A DNA stretch of 64,000 nucleotides from Octopus bimaculoides (taxonomy: Eukaryota): NCBI RefSeq assembly GCF_001194135.2, contig NC_068981.1, forward strand, positions 97,162,433 to 97,226,432, given 5' to 3'. A program made the translations under genes and the position numbers. Of the stretch, positions 39,280 to 51,980 are shown in pieces. The notes under the pieces are model-generated. The model worked only from the letters and a program-made list of their open reading frames with translations, was not told where the DNA came from and did not search any database. How positions within the stretch are numbered: position 1 is the first letter of the stretch; every line of letters starts with the position of its first letter.

Positions 39280-39798
39280 TTCTGCCAGTTCGCTGCTTCA
39301 AATGGTTTCAAATTTTGGCACAAGTCCAGTAGATTTAGGAGGAAGGGTAAGTCGATTACATCAACCCCAGTACTTGACTGGTACTTTATTTTGACCACAA
39401 AAAGAAAGCAAAGTTGTTTGCAGTGGTACCTGAACTCAGAATGCAAAGTGCTGAATGAAATACCACTAAGCGTTTTGCCTGATGCACTAATGATTCTGCC
39501 AGCTTACTTGCCTTAAAGTTGACCTCAGTAGAATTTGAACTGAAAAAATAATAGAAGTAATAATAATAATAATAATAATAATAATCCTTTCTGCTGGAGG
39601 TACAAGGCCTCAAATTTGTGGGGAGGGGACTAGTCGATTACATTGACCCTGGTGTTTTCACTGGTACTTAATTTATCTACCCCGAAAGGATGAAAGGCAA
39701 AGTTGACTATAGCAGAATTTGAACTCAGAACGTAGTAGCAGATGAAATGCCGCAAAGCATTTTGCCCGGTGTGCTAACGATTCTGCCAGCTTCCCACC

Positions 39799-39800
<2 letters not shown>
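39280..39800 (-). mobile_element. chain of family C SINEs separated by (TAA)n
   Basis: Copies at ~39280-39510 and ~39585-39800, plus a short fragment. Confidence 0.8.
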
Positions 39801-39834
<34 letters not shown>

Positions 39835-40099
39835 GTAATAATAATAGTTGTTAATGTAACATGATGGTATAATTTGGACACTTCTACTCTACAGTATTTT
39901 TCCATGAACTTGTGGGGGAACCTTTATGCAGTTGTTCGATCTGCTAGGAATAGCATGTAATTCATATCTTCTTAAAAAAGAAGAAAAAATAGATAATGCA
40001 ATCAGTGATATTCTGTTTCTCAAAGAGACATTGGAGAATGTTGCCCTTATTACAACACTTTGTCTGAAGGATTCCTTATATATTCTTGTCTTAGATATT

Positions 40100-40430
40100 T
40101 TACTAACTTAAACCCTTCATTCCCCATGGAATATGGGTTATTAATGACTTTTCTCCACTGTTTTTAACTCTGTGATGTTAAGGCCACTCCCTCAATATCT
40201 AGGAACCTTCATGTGTTTCTCTGAGGGAAGGCCTTCCTTTCTCAGGTTCTGAATTTTCATTGATATTTCTGTAACTTTGCTTTTTCGTAGCTAGTGGCAT
40301 TAGTCCTACGTAAGCCCTTTTCTGCCTCTGGGAAGAAGTGGTCCATGTTAGTCTGGCCTCTATCCTTTGACCTGTCTAGCATTGAAGGCCCTACCAAGAG
40401 CTTATGCCCTTCTGGCATAGCTCTCAAAGT
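40100..40430 (-). mobile_element. bipartite non-autonomous RTE derivative
   Basis: Minus strand: RTE 5'UTR-like GACAGGTCAAAGGATAGAGGCCAGAC...GGGCTTACGTAGGACTAATGCC joined directly to 3'-end-like RKAFPQRNT...WRKVINNPYSMGNEG. Confidence 0.55.
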
Positions 40431-40712
40431 CATCAAGGTATTCAAACCACTACATTGCAACAAGAACAGGACCTTGTAGTGGAATCTTGTATATATTATC
40501 TGGATAAAAGATGGGATGATCATGGCTGGAACACCTTCGTCATAAGTTTACTAGATTAGAAATGGCCTGGAGTTAAGCAACAGCAATACAGTATCTTTCC
40601 ATGCATCTAGACCTAGAATCTTAGACCTAGTCTCCCTTTAGATATAATCGTATCACTCTAATCATTCAGTTCTATTGCCCAGACTGCTAAACATAATGAT
40701 ATTTGTTATTTA

Positions 40713-41120
40713 ATAAGGTGGCAAACTGACAGAACTGTTAGCATGTCAGGCAGAATGCCTATCAGCGTTTCATCTGTCCTTACATTCTGAGTTCAAATTC
40801 TGCTGAGGTCGACTTTGCTTTCCATCTGTTCAGGGCCGATAAAATAAGTACCAGTTGAGTAGTGGGGTTAATGTAAATTGACTTAACTTCTCTCTTGAAA
40901 TTGTTGACCTTGTGCCAAAATTTGAAACAAAAGCAGAGAGCTAGTAGAATCATATGCACACTTGGTGAAATGTTTCATGGATTTCAACTGTCTTTGTGTT
41001 CTGCGTTCAAATTCCACTGGGGTCGATAAAATAAATACCTGCTGAGTACTGGGGCTGATGTAATTGACTTAATCCCTCTCCTGAAATTGCTGGCTTTGTG
41101 TCAAAATTCGAAATTGATAT
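40713..41120 (+). mobile_element. two tandem family C SINEs
   Basis: Two successive head, core and CAAAATT(T/C)GAAA units. Confidence 0.8.
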
Positions 41121-41362
41121 TTGTTATTTAATGGTCAGCATTGTATTGCACAAGGTATGCTTTTGTTCATTTGATAATTTCACTTTCCAGAATGAAGTTA
41201 ATTTATTTGTACTCCATTCACTTACTCTGTTAATAAACCACAAATTTCATATTCTGCTGTGATTTACTTTCATGCATGTGAGGACCAGTAAAATAAATAC
41301 CATTTTATAAAAAAATTCAAAACCATGTCATCTAATTAAAACTTTTTCCTTTTCTTTTTCAG

Positions 41363-41452
41363 AACATTGAGATTGATGTCAACACAGACAGTGATCAAGT
41401 TGATACATTGTTAGAAGAATATGTTAACCAAACCATACAGAGAGGTTTTTAA
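41363..41452 (+). CDS. MORC2: MORC2-like ATPase, terminal coding exon
   Basis: Long polypyrimidine acceptor actttttccttttctttttcAG|AAC. Encodes NIEIDVNTDSDQVDTLLEEYVNQTIQRGF*, matching the MORC2 C-terminus DIDINTDDELDAYIEDLI. Phase 0 fits the previous exon. Confidence 0.88.
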   Translation, partial: NIEIDVNTDSDQVDTLLEEYVNQTIQRGF

Positions 41453-41534
41453 AAGCCTCACACATCCACTCCCCCACTTCAAAACAATGACTTTGCTTCA
41501 CTTGTTGCAATGTTGTGACATGAAGTATATTTCA

Positions 41535-42060
41535 GTTTTCTGACTGATTTACCACCACACATCTATCATGTAATGGAATACTGACTCACAGCCACACATA
41601 TCTATTGTGTTATGGTTGACTGATTTACAGCCACACGTCTGTCAAGTTCTATTGACTCACAGCTACATATCTGCCACACTCTATTGCCTCACAACTACAC
41701 ATCTATCATGTTATCGTCTACTAACTCAGAACCATTCGCTCTTCCATATTATGGCTTACTGACTTGGGATCACCCACACATCCATTCATATTATGGTCTA
41801 CTGATTTACAACCACATCATATCCAACATGTTATGGGCTACTGGTTCACAACCACATTATATAGTACTGTGGCTGACATACAACCATACATCCATCATAT
41901 TTTGATCTACAACCTGTCTCACAACCGTACCTGTAACGTCTTTTACTCCATCAACCATTCAGTTAACTCAACCTTTTACCCATCATATTTTGATGTTCTG
42001 ACTGTCTCACAATCATACACATACACACATATCCATTGTGTTTTGGTTACACTTGACTGA
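41535..42060. repeat. degenerate ~33-37 bp minisatellite in the putative 3' UTR
   Basis: Recurrent ACTGA(T/C)T(T/C)ACA(A/G)CCACACAT(C/A)TATCATGTTATGG-like units. Confidence 0.65.
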
Positions 42061-42201
42061 TGCACAACTGAATACTCCACCACCACCACCACCACCATCA
42101 TGCTTTAGTTCACTGACTGACTCATACACCAAACCAACCTCCATTTTAGTTTGTCTATTGTTGAATATTGGATTTAGTTCATTGCATCAAATTTCCATTT
42201 C

Positions 42202-42230
42202 TGTACAGACAAAAAAAATAAATAAATAAA
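42202..42230 (+). promoter_or_regulatory. candidate polyadenylation signal of the MORC2-like gene
   Basis: TGTA followed by three overlapping AATAAA (42217-42230), about 770 bp after the stop codon. AATAAA is common in AT-rich DNA, so confidence is modest. Confidence 0.4.
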
Positions 42231-42329
42231 AGACTATACCAAATACTTCAGATAAATGTCTCATGTCCCCTACCCCTCAGAGAGATGCCTCATCCACCAA
42301 ATTTAATTCACACCACTAGGCTCCTCATC

Positions 42330-42368
<39 letters not shown>

Positions 42369-42798
42369 TTATTGTAAACAGTTACACTCTTTCTTTGAAC
42401 AAATGTTGAAAAAGAAGAAAATACATGGAGTTATATTTTCTTTCTTTCATGTTCATTTCGATCGTTCCATTTATTTTTCCACAAAACAAAAGAAGAAGAA
42501 AAAAAAAGCTTAAAACAAAATAAAACAAAAATGAAAGAACAGATCAATGTTAGAAGTAGTATGTTCTCTTTTTTTTTTAAGTAGAAATGAATTACGTTTA
42601 AATATTTTGATTTTGCTTTATTTGGTTATTTTGAGTTCTCAAAAAAGAACAGTTTGTTTCAGTTATCATTACAACATATCACAAATGTTATGATTACAAC
42701 ATATTGCAAATGTTAAGCAGACCATGACATACTTAGGTTATTCAGCAGACTATAAACATATAGTTAGCTTCTTACTCTGCCATATTTTTATTCTTTAA

Positions 42799-43021
42799 CC
42801 CTTTAGCATTTAAACTGACCATATTCAGCCAAAATAATCTACATTTTTTTTTAATGTTCAAACTGGTCAGATTCAGCCTCTCACACCTACTCTTCAATGT
42901 CATTCTAAAAACAAACAATCAGCTCATGGAAATCTGAACAGTACAAGATAATACGTGATTAATTCACAGCAGTGTGAATAAATAAGCACTACATTTGACA
43001 GAATAATCTGAATGCTAAAGG
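42799..43021 (-). mobile_element. piggyBac-like MITE, family 2
   Basis: TTAA|CCCTTTAGCATT ... AATGCTAAAGG terminal inverted repeats. Confidence 0.75.
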
Positions 43022-43044
43022 TTTTACCATCATTATTCTTAATG

Positions 43045-43299
43045 TACACTTTTCCATGCTTGCATGGGTTGGATGGAGTTTAATTGAGGCAGATTTTCTA
43101 TAGCCAGATACGCTTCCTGTTGCCAACCCTCACTTGTTTCTGAGTAAGGTAATATTTCCCCATGGCTGGAAATGAAATACACTGCTTGTATGATAGTGAC
43201 ATTCATTTACAACTATCTTGTGATGTCAAGACAAGGAGACATAAACACACAATAACATTCATATACACATATACATGTGTGTGTATCTCTCTCTCTCCC

Positions 43300-43380
<81 letters not shown>

Positions 43381-43508
43381 ACTCATTCACAAGGCTTTGG
43401 TCAACCCGTGGCTATAGTGGAAGACGCTGGCCCAAGGTGTCACTCAGTAGGATTGAACCCAGACCCATGTGGTTGGGAAGCAAACGTTTTACCACACAGC
43501 CATGCCTG
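43045..43508 (-). mobile_element. SINE family A (tail 2) with internal (CT)n(TA)n
   Basis: Core and tail 2, reversed. Confidence 0.8.
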
Positions 43509-43635
43509 AACCTATCTTCTTTAATGTAAATTTAAATTGCTTGACAGATTGCAATGCGTTAAGGTTTCCATTAAGCTGTATCATTGTTTTCAAGCTATTC
43601 AAATTAATTTAGCATGAATGAAACAATCTGGTTGA

Positions 43636-43676
<41 letters not shown>

Positions 43677-44529
43677 TATCCATCAGATTCATTAGATTGG
43701 TTAACACTTTACATTACATTATCCATCAGACCTTAAAACACTTAGGACATCAAGAAGGCTGTCTATTAGATCCTAAACCAGTCATAGGCCGCCTGTGACT
43801 CATAGGTCTTTGTGAATGGCACACCTAATGAAAAATTACCTTCAATGTTTTTAGTCCTGCAACCCTGTTTGATGAAGAACCATGTCACATGCGGCCCACT
43901 TCTCATAAAAAAGTTGCCTATGCTTACCCTAAACCATCCAGATTGCTTAGGATGTCTGGCAAATCCTGACATGTTTAAGCTGTTCAGCTGATATAAATAC
44001 AAAATTTGTTTATCCATTCGACTTAACTCTTTAATACATGTTTAACTTGTCAATGATATTTTATCTTTTGAAACTATCCTAGTCAAATGATGCTTCATTT
44101 GAAGGAATAAGCACAGATTGTAACCTAAAAGGATATAAAATTCATGAAATCTTGCTATTTATCACTGCCCTTGAGAAACTAATGTTGACATTTAGAACCT
44201 AAGGAGATATAGCTGTTCCCTTTCTGTGACAAAACATTGGTATCTGGTTGTATAACTGGGATTTATAAATGATCTTTTGTGTACGCCTTTGTAGGGCAGT
44301 GAGCAGCAGAATCAGTACAGCACTGAGCAAAATACATTGTTCTCATCTTGTGTATTGAGTTCAAACTCTTGTCCAGGTTGTGTTTCTCAGTCAACTTTTT
44401 GAGGTTGATAGAAATAAGAACGGGAGTTGTAATCAATTATACCCTTGAAAGTAGTGTTGACCCAGCATGGGCAAAGCCTATTGGCTGAAAGCAGTTCAAA
44501 TATATTGTTTGTTTTATTTGTTTTTAATA

Positions 44530-44925
44530 TTCATTTTTCCATGCTTGCATAGATCAGATGGAATTTGTTGAGCCAGGTTTTCTACAGCTAGATGCCCTTT
44601 CTGTCGCCAACCCATACCTGTTTCCAAACAAGGTAATATTTCCCTATGGTAAGACATGTTTTCCATGGAAGACTGGAAGTGAAACAACATGTACGATGGG
44701 GATGGCCATGTACAATGATTGCATGATGTAAAGACGAGTACCCTCCCACTCACCCAATGCATATGATAGGCTTCTTTCAGTTTCTGTCTACCAAACCCAC
44801 TTACAAGGCTTTGGTTGGTTTGGGGCTATAGTAGATGACACTTGTCGAAGGTGCCATGCAGTGGGACTGAACCCCAGCAATTACATGGCTGGGAAGCAAG
44901 CATCTTAACCACATATCCACACCTG
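44530..44925 (-). mobile_element. SINE family A (tail 2)
   Basis: Core and tail 2, reversed. Confidence 0.8.
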
Positions 44926-45427
44926 CACTCATAAAGCTAAGTGTGGTGGCGTGGAAAGCATTGAATTGGATCTGTAACTCCCGTTTGATTCCCAGCCATA
45001 ACTATTGCGCTTATTTTGCACACACCCTTAAGAAAGTATGAATGTTACAGATAGTTTTCTTGCTCATGAAGTTTGAGCTAACTACCTGTTAATTGGCATG
45101 TATGATAACAGAAGATCAAGCTGCATACAAATATATGTTTATGTACCTTCTATGTTCTATGTGCCATTGTTACTAAATGTCAGGATGTCACATAAAAGAA
45201 TTGTATATATGAAAAACCACATACACTGAGTTATGCGATTGCAATGATTCAAATATTCAACGAGCAGTTTTAGTGAATCTTTTCTGGTAACTTCTAACTT
45301 AATAAAGAACATGGATGATAAAAACAAACATCCACCTGTAAGATAATGGTCACAATTAATCAACTATTTCTTACTGCAATAGAAGTTGTCTGTGGTTAAT
45401 CAGTTGGAATCGATACACTCACACACT

Positions 45428-45497
45428 CTCTCCCTCTCTCACACTTCCTTCTCCCTCTCTCACACTTCCTTCTCCCTCTATCACACTTCCTTCTCCC
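45428..45497. repeat. 21-bp tandem repeat, 3 copies
   Basis: CTCCCTCTCTCACACTTCCTT units. Confidence 0.85.
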
Positions 45498-45681
45498 ACT
45501 GTATATAGACATATGTGACAACTGCTGAAGAATTGAATAAAATCGTCCTGAACAAATCTTTTTTTTTTTTTTTAGTGCTTATATATGTATAACTTAAAAG
45601 CCTGTTGTCATTCTGTCTCCTTTCCTATTGAAAATTACATATCAAAACACTCCACTATTATTATTATTATTGTTAATAATA

Positions 45682-45864
45682 AGGCAGCGAGCTGGCAGAA
45701 TCGTTAGCGTGCGGGGCGAAATGCTTAGCGGTATTTCGTCTGTCTTTACGTTCTGAGTTCAAATTCCGCCGAGGTCGACTTTACCTTTCATCCTCTCGGG
45801 ATCGACTTTACCTTTTATCCTTTCCGGTACCAGTTGCGTACTGGGGTCGATCTAATCGACTGAC
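45682..45864 (+). mobile_element. SINE family C, CpG-rich (young), next to a gap
   Basis: AAGGCAGCGAGCTGGCAGAATCGTTAGCG...TTCCGCCGAGGTCGAC. Confidence 0.85.
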
Positions 45865-47082
45865 NNNNNNNNNNNNNNNNNNNNNNNNNNNNNNNNNNNN
45901 NNNNNNNNNNNNNNNNNNNNNNNNNNNNNNNNNNNNNNNNNNNNNNNNNNNNNNNNNNNNNNNNNNNNNNNNNNNNNNNNNNNNNNNNNNNNNNNNNNNN
46001 NNNNNNNNNNNNNNNNNNNNNNNNNNNNNNNNNNNNNNNNNNNNNNNNNNNNNNNNNNNNNNNNNNNNNNNNNNNNNNNNNNNNNNNNNNNNNNNNNNNN
46101 NNNNNNNNNNNNNNNNNNNNNNNNNNNNNNNNNNNNNNNNNNNNNNNNNNNNNNNNNNNNNNNNNNNNNNNNNNNNNNNNNNNNNNNNNNNNNNNNNNNN
46201 NNNNNNNNNNNNNNNNNNNNNNNNNNNNNNNNNNNNNNNNNNNNNNNNNNNNNNNNNNNNNNNNNNNNNNNNNNNNNNNNNNNNNNNNNNNNNNNNNNNN
46301 NNNNNNNNNNNNNNNNNNNNNNNNNNNNNNNNNNNNNNNNNNNNNNNNNNNNNNNNNNNNNNNNNNNNNNNNNNNNNNNNNNNNNNNNNNNNNNNNNNNN
46401 NNNNNNNNNNNNNNNNNNNNNNNNNNNNNNNNNNNNNNNNNNNNNNNNNNNNNNNNNNNNNNNNNNNNNNNNNNNNNNNNNNNNNNNNNNNNNNNNNNNN
46501 NNNNNNNNNNNNNNNNNNNNNNNNNNNNNNNNNNNNNNNNNNNNNNNNNNNNNNNNNNNNNNNNNNNNNNNNNNNNNNNNNNNNNNNNNNNNNNNNNNNN
46601 NNNNNNNNNNNNNNNNNNNNNNNNNNNNNNNNNNNNNNNNNNNNNNNNNNNNNNNNNNNNNNNNNNNNNNNNNNNNNNNNNNNNNNNNNNNNNNNNNNNN
46701 NNNNNNNNNNNNNNNNNNNNNNNNNNNNNNNNNNNNNNNNNNNNNNNNNNNNNNNNNNCGGATGAAAGTGGCGAGAATGGTGCGAATGAACGGGCCTGCC
46801 CTGAGCATACGCCAGTAGTTGGAAAAAATGAAAGGTAAAAAGGCACCTGCCCCAAAAGTGAGGGTACGCATTTTTTTTTTATAGGATTTTTCCATGTGCA
46901 GCCCTCGAAGTCTCCCTGTTGAGGATTACACATTGTTGATTTCTTTTTTTCTTTGTTTGTTTTGATTACATCCAAAACCCTCACGACAACACACACGTAC
47001 ACACATACACATTCTTTGTTTTGTCCTGTGATGTTCATAATGTTTTTCTTAATGTAAACCCTTGTGGTTAATAAAGAAATCA

Positions 47083-47360
47083 TTATTATTATTGTTATTA
47101 TTTAAGATGTCGCACAGTATCCAATATCGTGATGTTGATTGAAGATATTGCGTACCGGAGGTTTGTACTGTCTGTCCAGTCACAAGGACTTCAGACAGAC
47201 AGTACTTCACGCAATATGCCTGCAGTTCCAAGTAATGCCGATTTTTGCAATACACCTAGATTGTAGGGTATTTCTAAAGTTTCCAGATGTTTTTTCAGGT
47301 ATTGAACCCAATGGTCCGTGGACAATAGGGACAAACTTTATTTCACTCTCGTAGCTACCA
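47083..47360 (-). mobile_element. R4/Dong-clade LINE 3' fragment
   Basis: IKFVPIVHGPLGSIPEK[frameshift]HLETLEIPYNLGVLQKSALLGTAGILREVLSV* (end of the RLE endonuclease), then a short 3' UTR and a (TAA)n tail. Confidence 0.85.
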
Positions 47361-47444
47361 CATCTTAGCGATCTCAATTCTCAGGTCTCCATATTTATCA
47401 TTCTTCTTCTTCTTCAATCTTATTTTTATCACGTGCATTTCACC

Positions 47445-47598
47445 CGTCGCTACGTTCTGGGTTTAACTCCCGCCGAGGTCGACTTTGTCTTTCATCCTTT
47501 CGGGGTCGATAAATTAAGTACCAGTGAAACACTGGGGTAGATATAATCGACAAGTCCCCTCCCCACAAATTTGAGGCCTAGTTCCTCCAGCAGAAAGG

Positions 47599-47645
<47 letters not shown>

Positions 47646-47722
47646 GGTGGTGAGTTGGCAGAATCGTTAGCACGGCGGACGAAATACTTAGCAGTATTTC
47701 GCTCGTCGCTACGTTCTGAGTT
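47445..47722 (+). mobile_element. tandem family C SINEs joined by (ATT)n
   Basis: One copy ends AGAAAGG(ATT)n and the next begins AAGGTGGTGAGTTGGCAG. Confidence 0.85.
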
Positions 47723-48154
47723 NNNNNNNNNNNNNNNNNNNNNNNNNNNNNNNNNNNNNNNNNNNNNNNNNNNNNNNNNNNNNNNNNNNNNNNNNNNNNN
47801 NNNNNNNNNNNNNNNNNNNNNNNNNNNNNNNNNNNNNNNNNNNNNNNNNNNNNNNNNNNNNNNNNNNNNNNNNNNNNNNNNNNNNNNNNNNNNNNNNNNN
47901 NNNNNNNNNNNNNNNNNNNNNNNNNNNNNNNNNNNNNNNNNNNNNNNNNNNNNNNNNNNNNNNNNNNNNNNNNNNNNNNNNNNNNNNNNNNNNNNNNNNN
48001 NNNNNNNNNNNNNNNNNNNNNNNNNNNNNNNNNNNNNNNNNNNNNNNNNNNNNNNNNNNNNNNNNNNNNNNNNNNNNNATAAACGCGGTGGCAATTTTCT
48101 TGATACTTACCAACTAGGGGAAGGAAAAGGTGATTTAAGCAGTAGGGAGGGACT

Positions 48155-48235
48155 TTGCTTTCACAAATGAAGACGAAGACAACCCCTTATTGCTTTCACA
48201 AATGAAGACGAAGACAACCCCTTATTGCTTTCACA
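48155..48235. repeat. 35-bp tandem duplication, 2.3 copies
   Basis: TTGCTTTCACAAATGAAGACGAAGACAACCCCTTA, two exact copies plus a partial one. Confidence 0.95.
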
Positions 48236-48689
48236 GTCACAAATATTTCGCAAATACCCCACCACCATAACTGAAGGGTGGAAGTAAGAACACCTCTTGC
48301 CGTAGCAATGATGATGGTGGCAACAATAGTATAAAGGATAAAGAAAAATAACACTGCCACTGCCGACACCATTCAACATCGACTCGACTGAATATTGTTG
48401 CACCAATCTTTACCACCAACTTGGCTTTCACTGCGACTTCTGGCATTAACACTACCAATGGCAACAATGGCTCACTTAGTAATAATTCTTTCTCTTGTAG
48501 GCACAAAGTTTGAAGTTTATGAAGTTGATGTAATCCAATTCGATTACATCAACTCCAGTGCTCAACTGGTACTTATTTTATCGACCTCGAAAAGAACATA
48601 GCCGGAAGAAATGCCGCTAAGCATTTTGTCTAGCGTTGGTAACGATTTTGTGAGCTTGCTGCCTTCACAGTAATAATGGCCACAGAAAG

Positions 48690-49330
48690 GTATCTTTAAG
48701 TGCAGAAAGAATCCCCAAGGAATTGGTGATGCAGAAGGATGACCTGAAAGAAGCCAGAGGATTCGTCCGGAAGCAAAGTTGCTCTGGTCGTGTCACAAGA
48801 AGTCGTGCAGGAGCCCAACCGATGCTCAGTGTCCTACTTGCACATAAGCACGAAGAGTCGATGAGTGGATGGGCTGCTTTATGTGTAAGTGGAGCGATGC
48901 TTGAAGGCAGTGTGGAAACAATTTCTTTCACGTGGCAGTCAGTACAAGATGTGGAGATCAGATTCTTCTTAGAGAGTGAATTGAAGAATCATTCCAGTTC
49001 CCCATTGAAGAGCAAGGATTTTATCTTAATCCTATCATGCATGAGCCGACAGGTGGTGAAAGCGAAAGTGGTAGGTGTACTGCCGGAAATAAGCATATGG
49101 TTGTTGGTGGCAACAACTTTGGCAGATGAAGATAAAGCAATCATTCTGTAAACAGGTCATGGGTAGGTGGCAAACTCTTGATCCGAGTAGAGCAGGATAG
49201 AGTCGAAGACACCTTCGAGTGCTAAGCGGCACTCAGCTGTTTGTGGTAGTTAAGAGAAAAGGTCTATGTACCACATGTCTGGCGCTATAAACCGTCTAAG
49301 CGCCTTCTCCCACAACAAAGTACAAAAGAA
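48690..49330 (+). mobile_element. Tx1/L1-like ORF1 remnant, module 1
   Basis: KDFILILSCMSRQVVKAKVVGVLPEISIWLLVATTL aligns with module 4. Decayed zinc knuckle (LFVVVKRKG / YHMSGAINRLSAFS). Confidence 0.65.
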
Positions 49331-49639
49331 ATAATCCTCCGATTGCGGATGATACAAACATCACCAGTAGCAACTGTAGTAGTAATAGCACCATTACCAG
49401 ATGCAACACCAGCAGCTGCTGGTGTTGCAGACCACAACATGATCAGCAACAGTAACAGGAGCTTTCAACGCTGAACTTACTACAAAAGTTTCCCTGCAGT
49501 GCCCAACGAAACGCACACATGTACAATTTATATTACTTATTTTCTCTGCCCCAGATCTCTTCGATTCCTCAGCCTAATCGTGTGAAGAGATCGAGGTGAA
49601 AGACTCGCATCAAGAGATTGGACAGTAAAATAATAAAAG

Positions 49640-51980
49640 AGGGACAGCGTCGTCAAGGAAAGACCGAGCGTCGAAGAGGATGAATAGTTTTGTCCGCTCC
49701 AGAAAAGTTTCAGCACAGAGACGATGGATAACTTCGAGAACTGACAGTGCTTTCGGAGGAGCAATATCATTTAATGGACACACTCTACTGGCACGAAACT
49801 CGAGATACAAGAGTGACGAAACCGTTTTGGGAATTCATCCGGAAGAGGCAACAACTCTAACAACGTCAGCAAGAACATTGACACTTACGCACAGACCTAC
49901 AATTGGACAAGAATTGTTTCTAACATTGAAATTTTGGATATGGACAATCCAAAATAAAAACTTGTCCAAAATTTTTATTGAGAAACCGGTAACGAGAGAA
50001 CTGGTCTGTCTTCGATTTACGAAGGAGAGGTTTTGCTTACGCCCACGAAAGACCAGATAAGGGATGCTCTGGCTTATATCTGGACTAGCACCTTGCCCAT
50101 AAAGACAGGCAGAGTTTATAGTATTGTCTGCTTGGCCTTTAAGACCGAGGATGGGGTGTGGCATCAGAGCTTTTTACATGAATTATTCACTCTGTACACA
50201 ATGCAGTATAACACTTGTCATCTTTGTAGCACTGTGGTAAATGCATAAGTAATGACGAACGACATGCAGCCGGGAGGAATCAGCATGGGTTTTTAAGTTC
50301 ATGATCCCACAGGACCATAGGACCATTCTTTCATGTCGTGGGCGTTGATACAAAAGCGACGAAACCGACAGCATAGGCAAGACAGCTCAATTATAGCCGT
50401 GGTAGCAAGAGTTACTTAATGGTTTTAGTCCTTGAAGAGCTGGAGTAGTGGAAAAGGCGATGTTGAGCCTCAACCACCAGTCTCCAGAGTACCGTCTGCT
50501 GGTGTCCTAGTAACACAGCTATTTGCAAAACCGGTTGCTGCCAAGTGTGACCATAAAAACCGCTTTGCTCTCAGTCGTAGAAGCTAAGGAAGGCAAGGCC
50601 TTCACTCTCCATGTAGCACTACCCTATTGTTTTGTAAATTTAGTAATAAACAGGAGAAAGAGCAAGAAGGGAAAACTATTAGGGTTAGCGTTAAAGGTGC
50701 AAAAAAAAAAGAAAGAAAGAAAGAATATGACCCCCTCACCAAAGAGAAAAAAAGAAAGAAAGAATATGACCCCCTCACCAAAAAGAAAAAAAAAGAAAGA
50801 AAGAATATGACCCCCTCACCAAAAAGAAAAAAAGAAAGAAAGAATATGACCCCCTCACCAAAGAGAAAAAAAGAAAGAAAGAATATGACCCCCTCACCAA
50901 AAAGAAAAAAGAAAGAAAGAATATGACCCCNNNNNNNNNNNNNNNNNNNNNNNNNNNNNNNNNNNNNNNNNNNNNNNNNNNNNNNNNNNNNNNNNNNNNN
51001 NNNNNNNNNNNNNNNNNNNNNNNNNNNNNNNNNNNNNNNNNNNNNNNNNNNNNNNNNNNNNNNNNNNNNNNNNNNNNNNNNNNNNNNNNNNNNNNNNNNN
51101 NNNNNNNNNNNNNNNNNNNNNNNNNNNNNNNNNNNNNNNNNNNNNNNNNNNNNNNNNNNNNNNNNNNNNNNNNNNNNNNNNNNNNNNNNNNNNNNNNNNN
51201 NNNNNNNNNNNNNNNNNNNNNNNNNNNNNNNNNNNNNNNNNNNNNNNNAAAAAAAAGAAAGAAAGAATATGACCCCCTCACCAAAAAGAAAAAAAGAAAG
51301 AAAGAATATGACCCCCTCACCAAAAAGAAAGAAAGAATATGACCCCCTCACCAAAAAAAACAAAACAAAAACAAATCCTCAGAGGAAGGTGGAGAAAAAG
51401 TTCAAGATGTGTTCCGAAGAGAGCATCTTGGTTTTCACAGTGCTTTGTATTGAAAGCGAACGACTAACAAAAGATATGATTTACTTGAACAATGTGGCGC
51501 AGACAATGCATAGATATGCGAAGAGATGGGGTCCCATATTCTAGAGCATACGAGAAACAAGCTGTCTGTAAGATTAAGAATGCTTTTTTAATTTTTTTAT
51601 TTTTTGACTTGGTCCTTTGCTTTCCTGCTCCAACACCCGAACTGTTCACAGGCTCTTTCGGGATGAAAGATTTTTTGGTGTCAGGACAAAGTGGATAGTG
51701 CGGGTTAAGACGAAGTGAGTTGTGGAATGCTCTGACCAATTCTAGGAGGACTAAAATTTAAATCATATCTTTAATTATTTTGTGTTTTTCTGTAATCTTT
51801 GATCTATTTCTATGTATTTACCTTGTTATTGCCAAATTTAACTGGTGTCATGTGTGTATACTGTATAACGTCTTTGCCCAGCTTCTTGTTTTCACATAAC
51901 TTGTTTGTCTACACCCCAAATGTCTTGTAAACCCCATGTGCTGTTATATGACTGCGCCCTTGTGGCAAATAAAGAAAAGA

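Noticed and set aside
43740-44030. 83-aa minus-strand ORF (MDKQILYLYQ...)
   Set aside because: No recognisable domain or splice signals.
46759-46930. CpG-rich segment right after a large gap
   Set aside because: Truncated by the gap and no motif identified; nothing supportable.
50701-51358. CRISPR-like array
   Set aside because: Units are directly adjacent with no unique spacers, there are no cas genes and the context is eukaryotic; it is a minisatellite.
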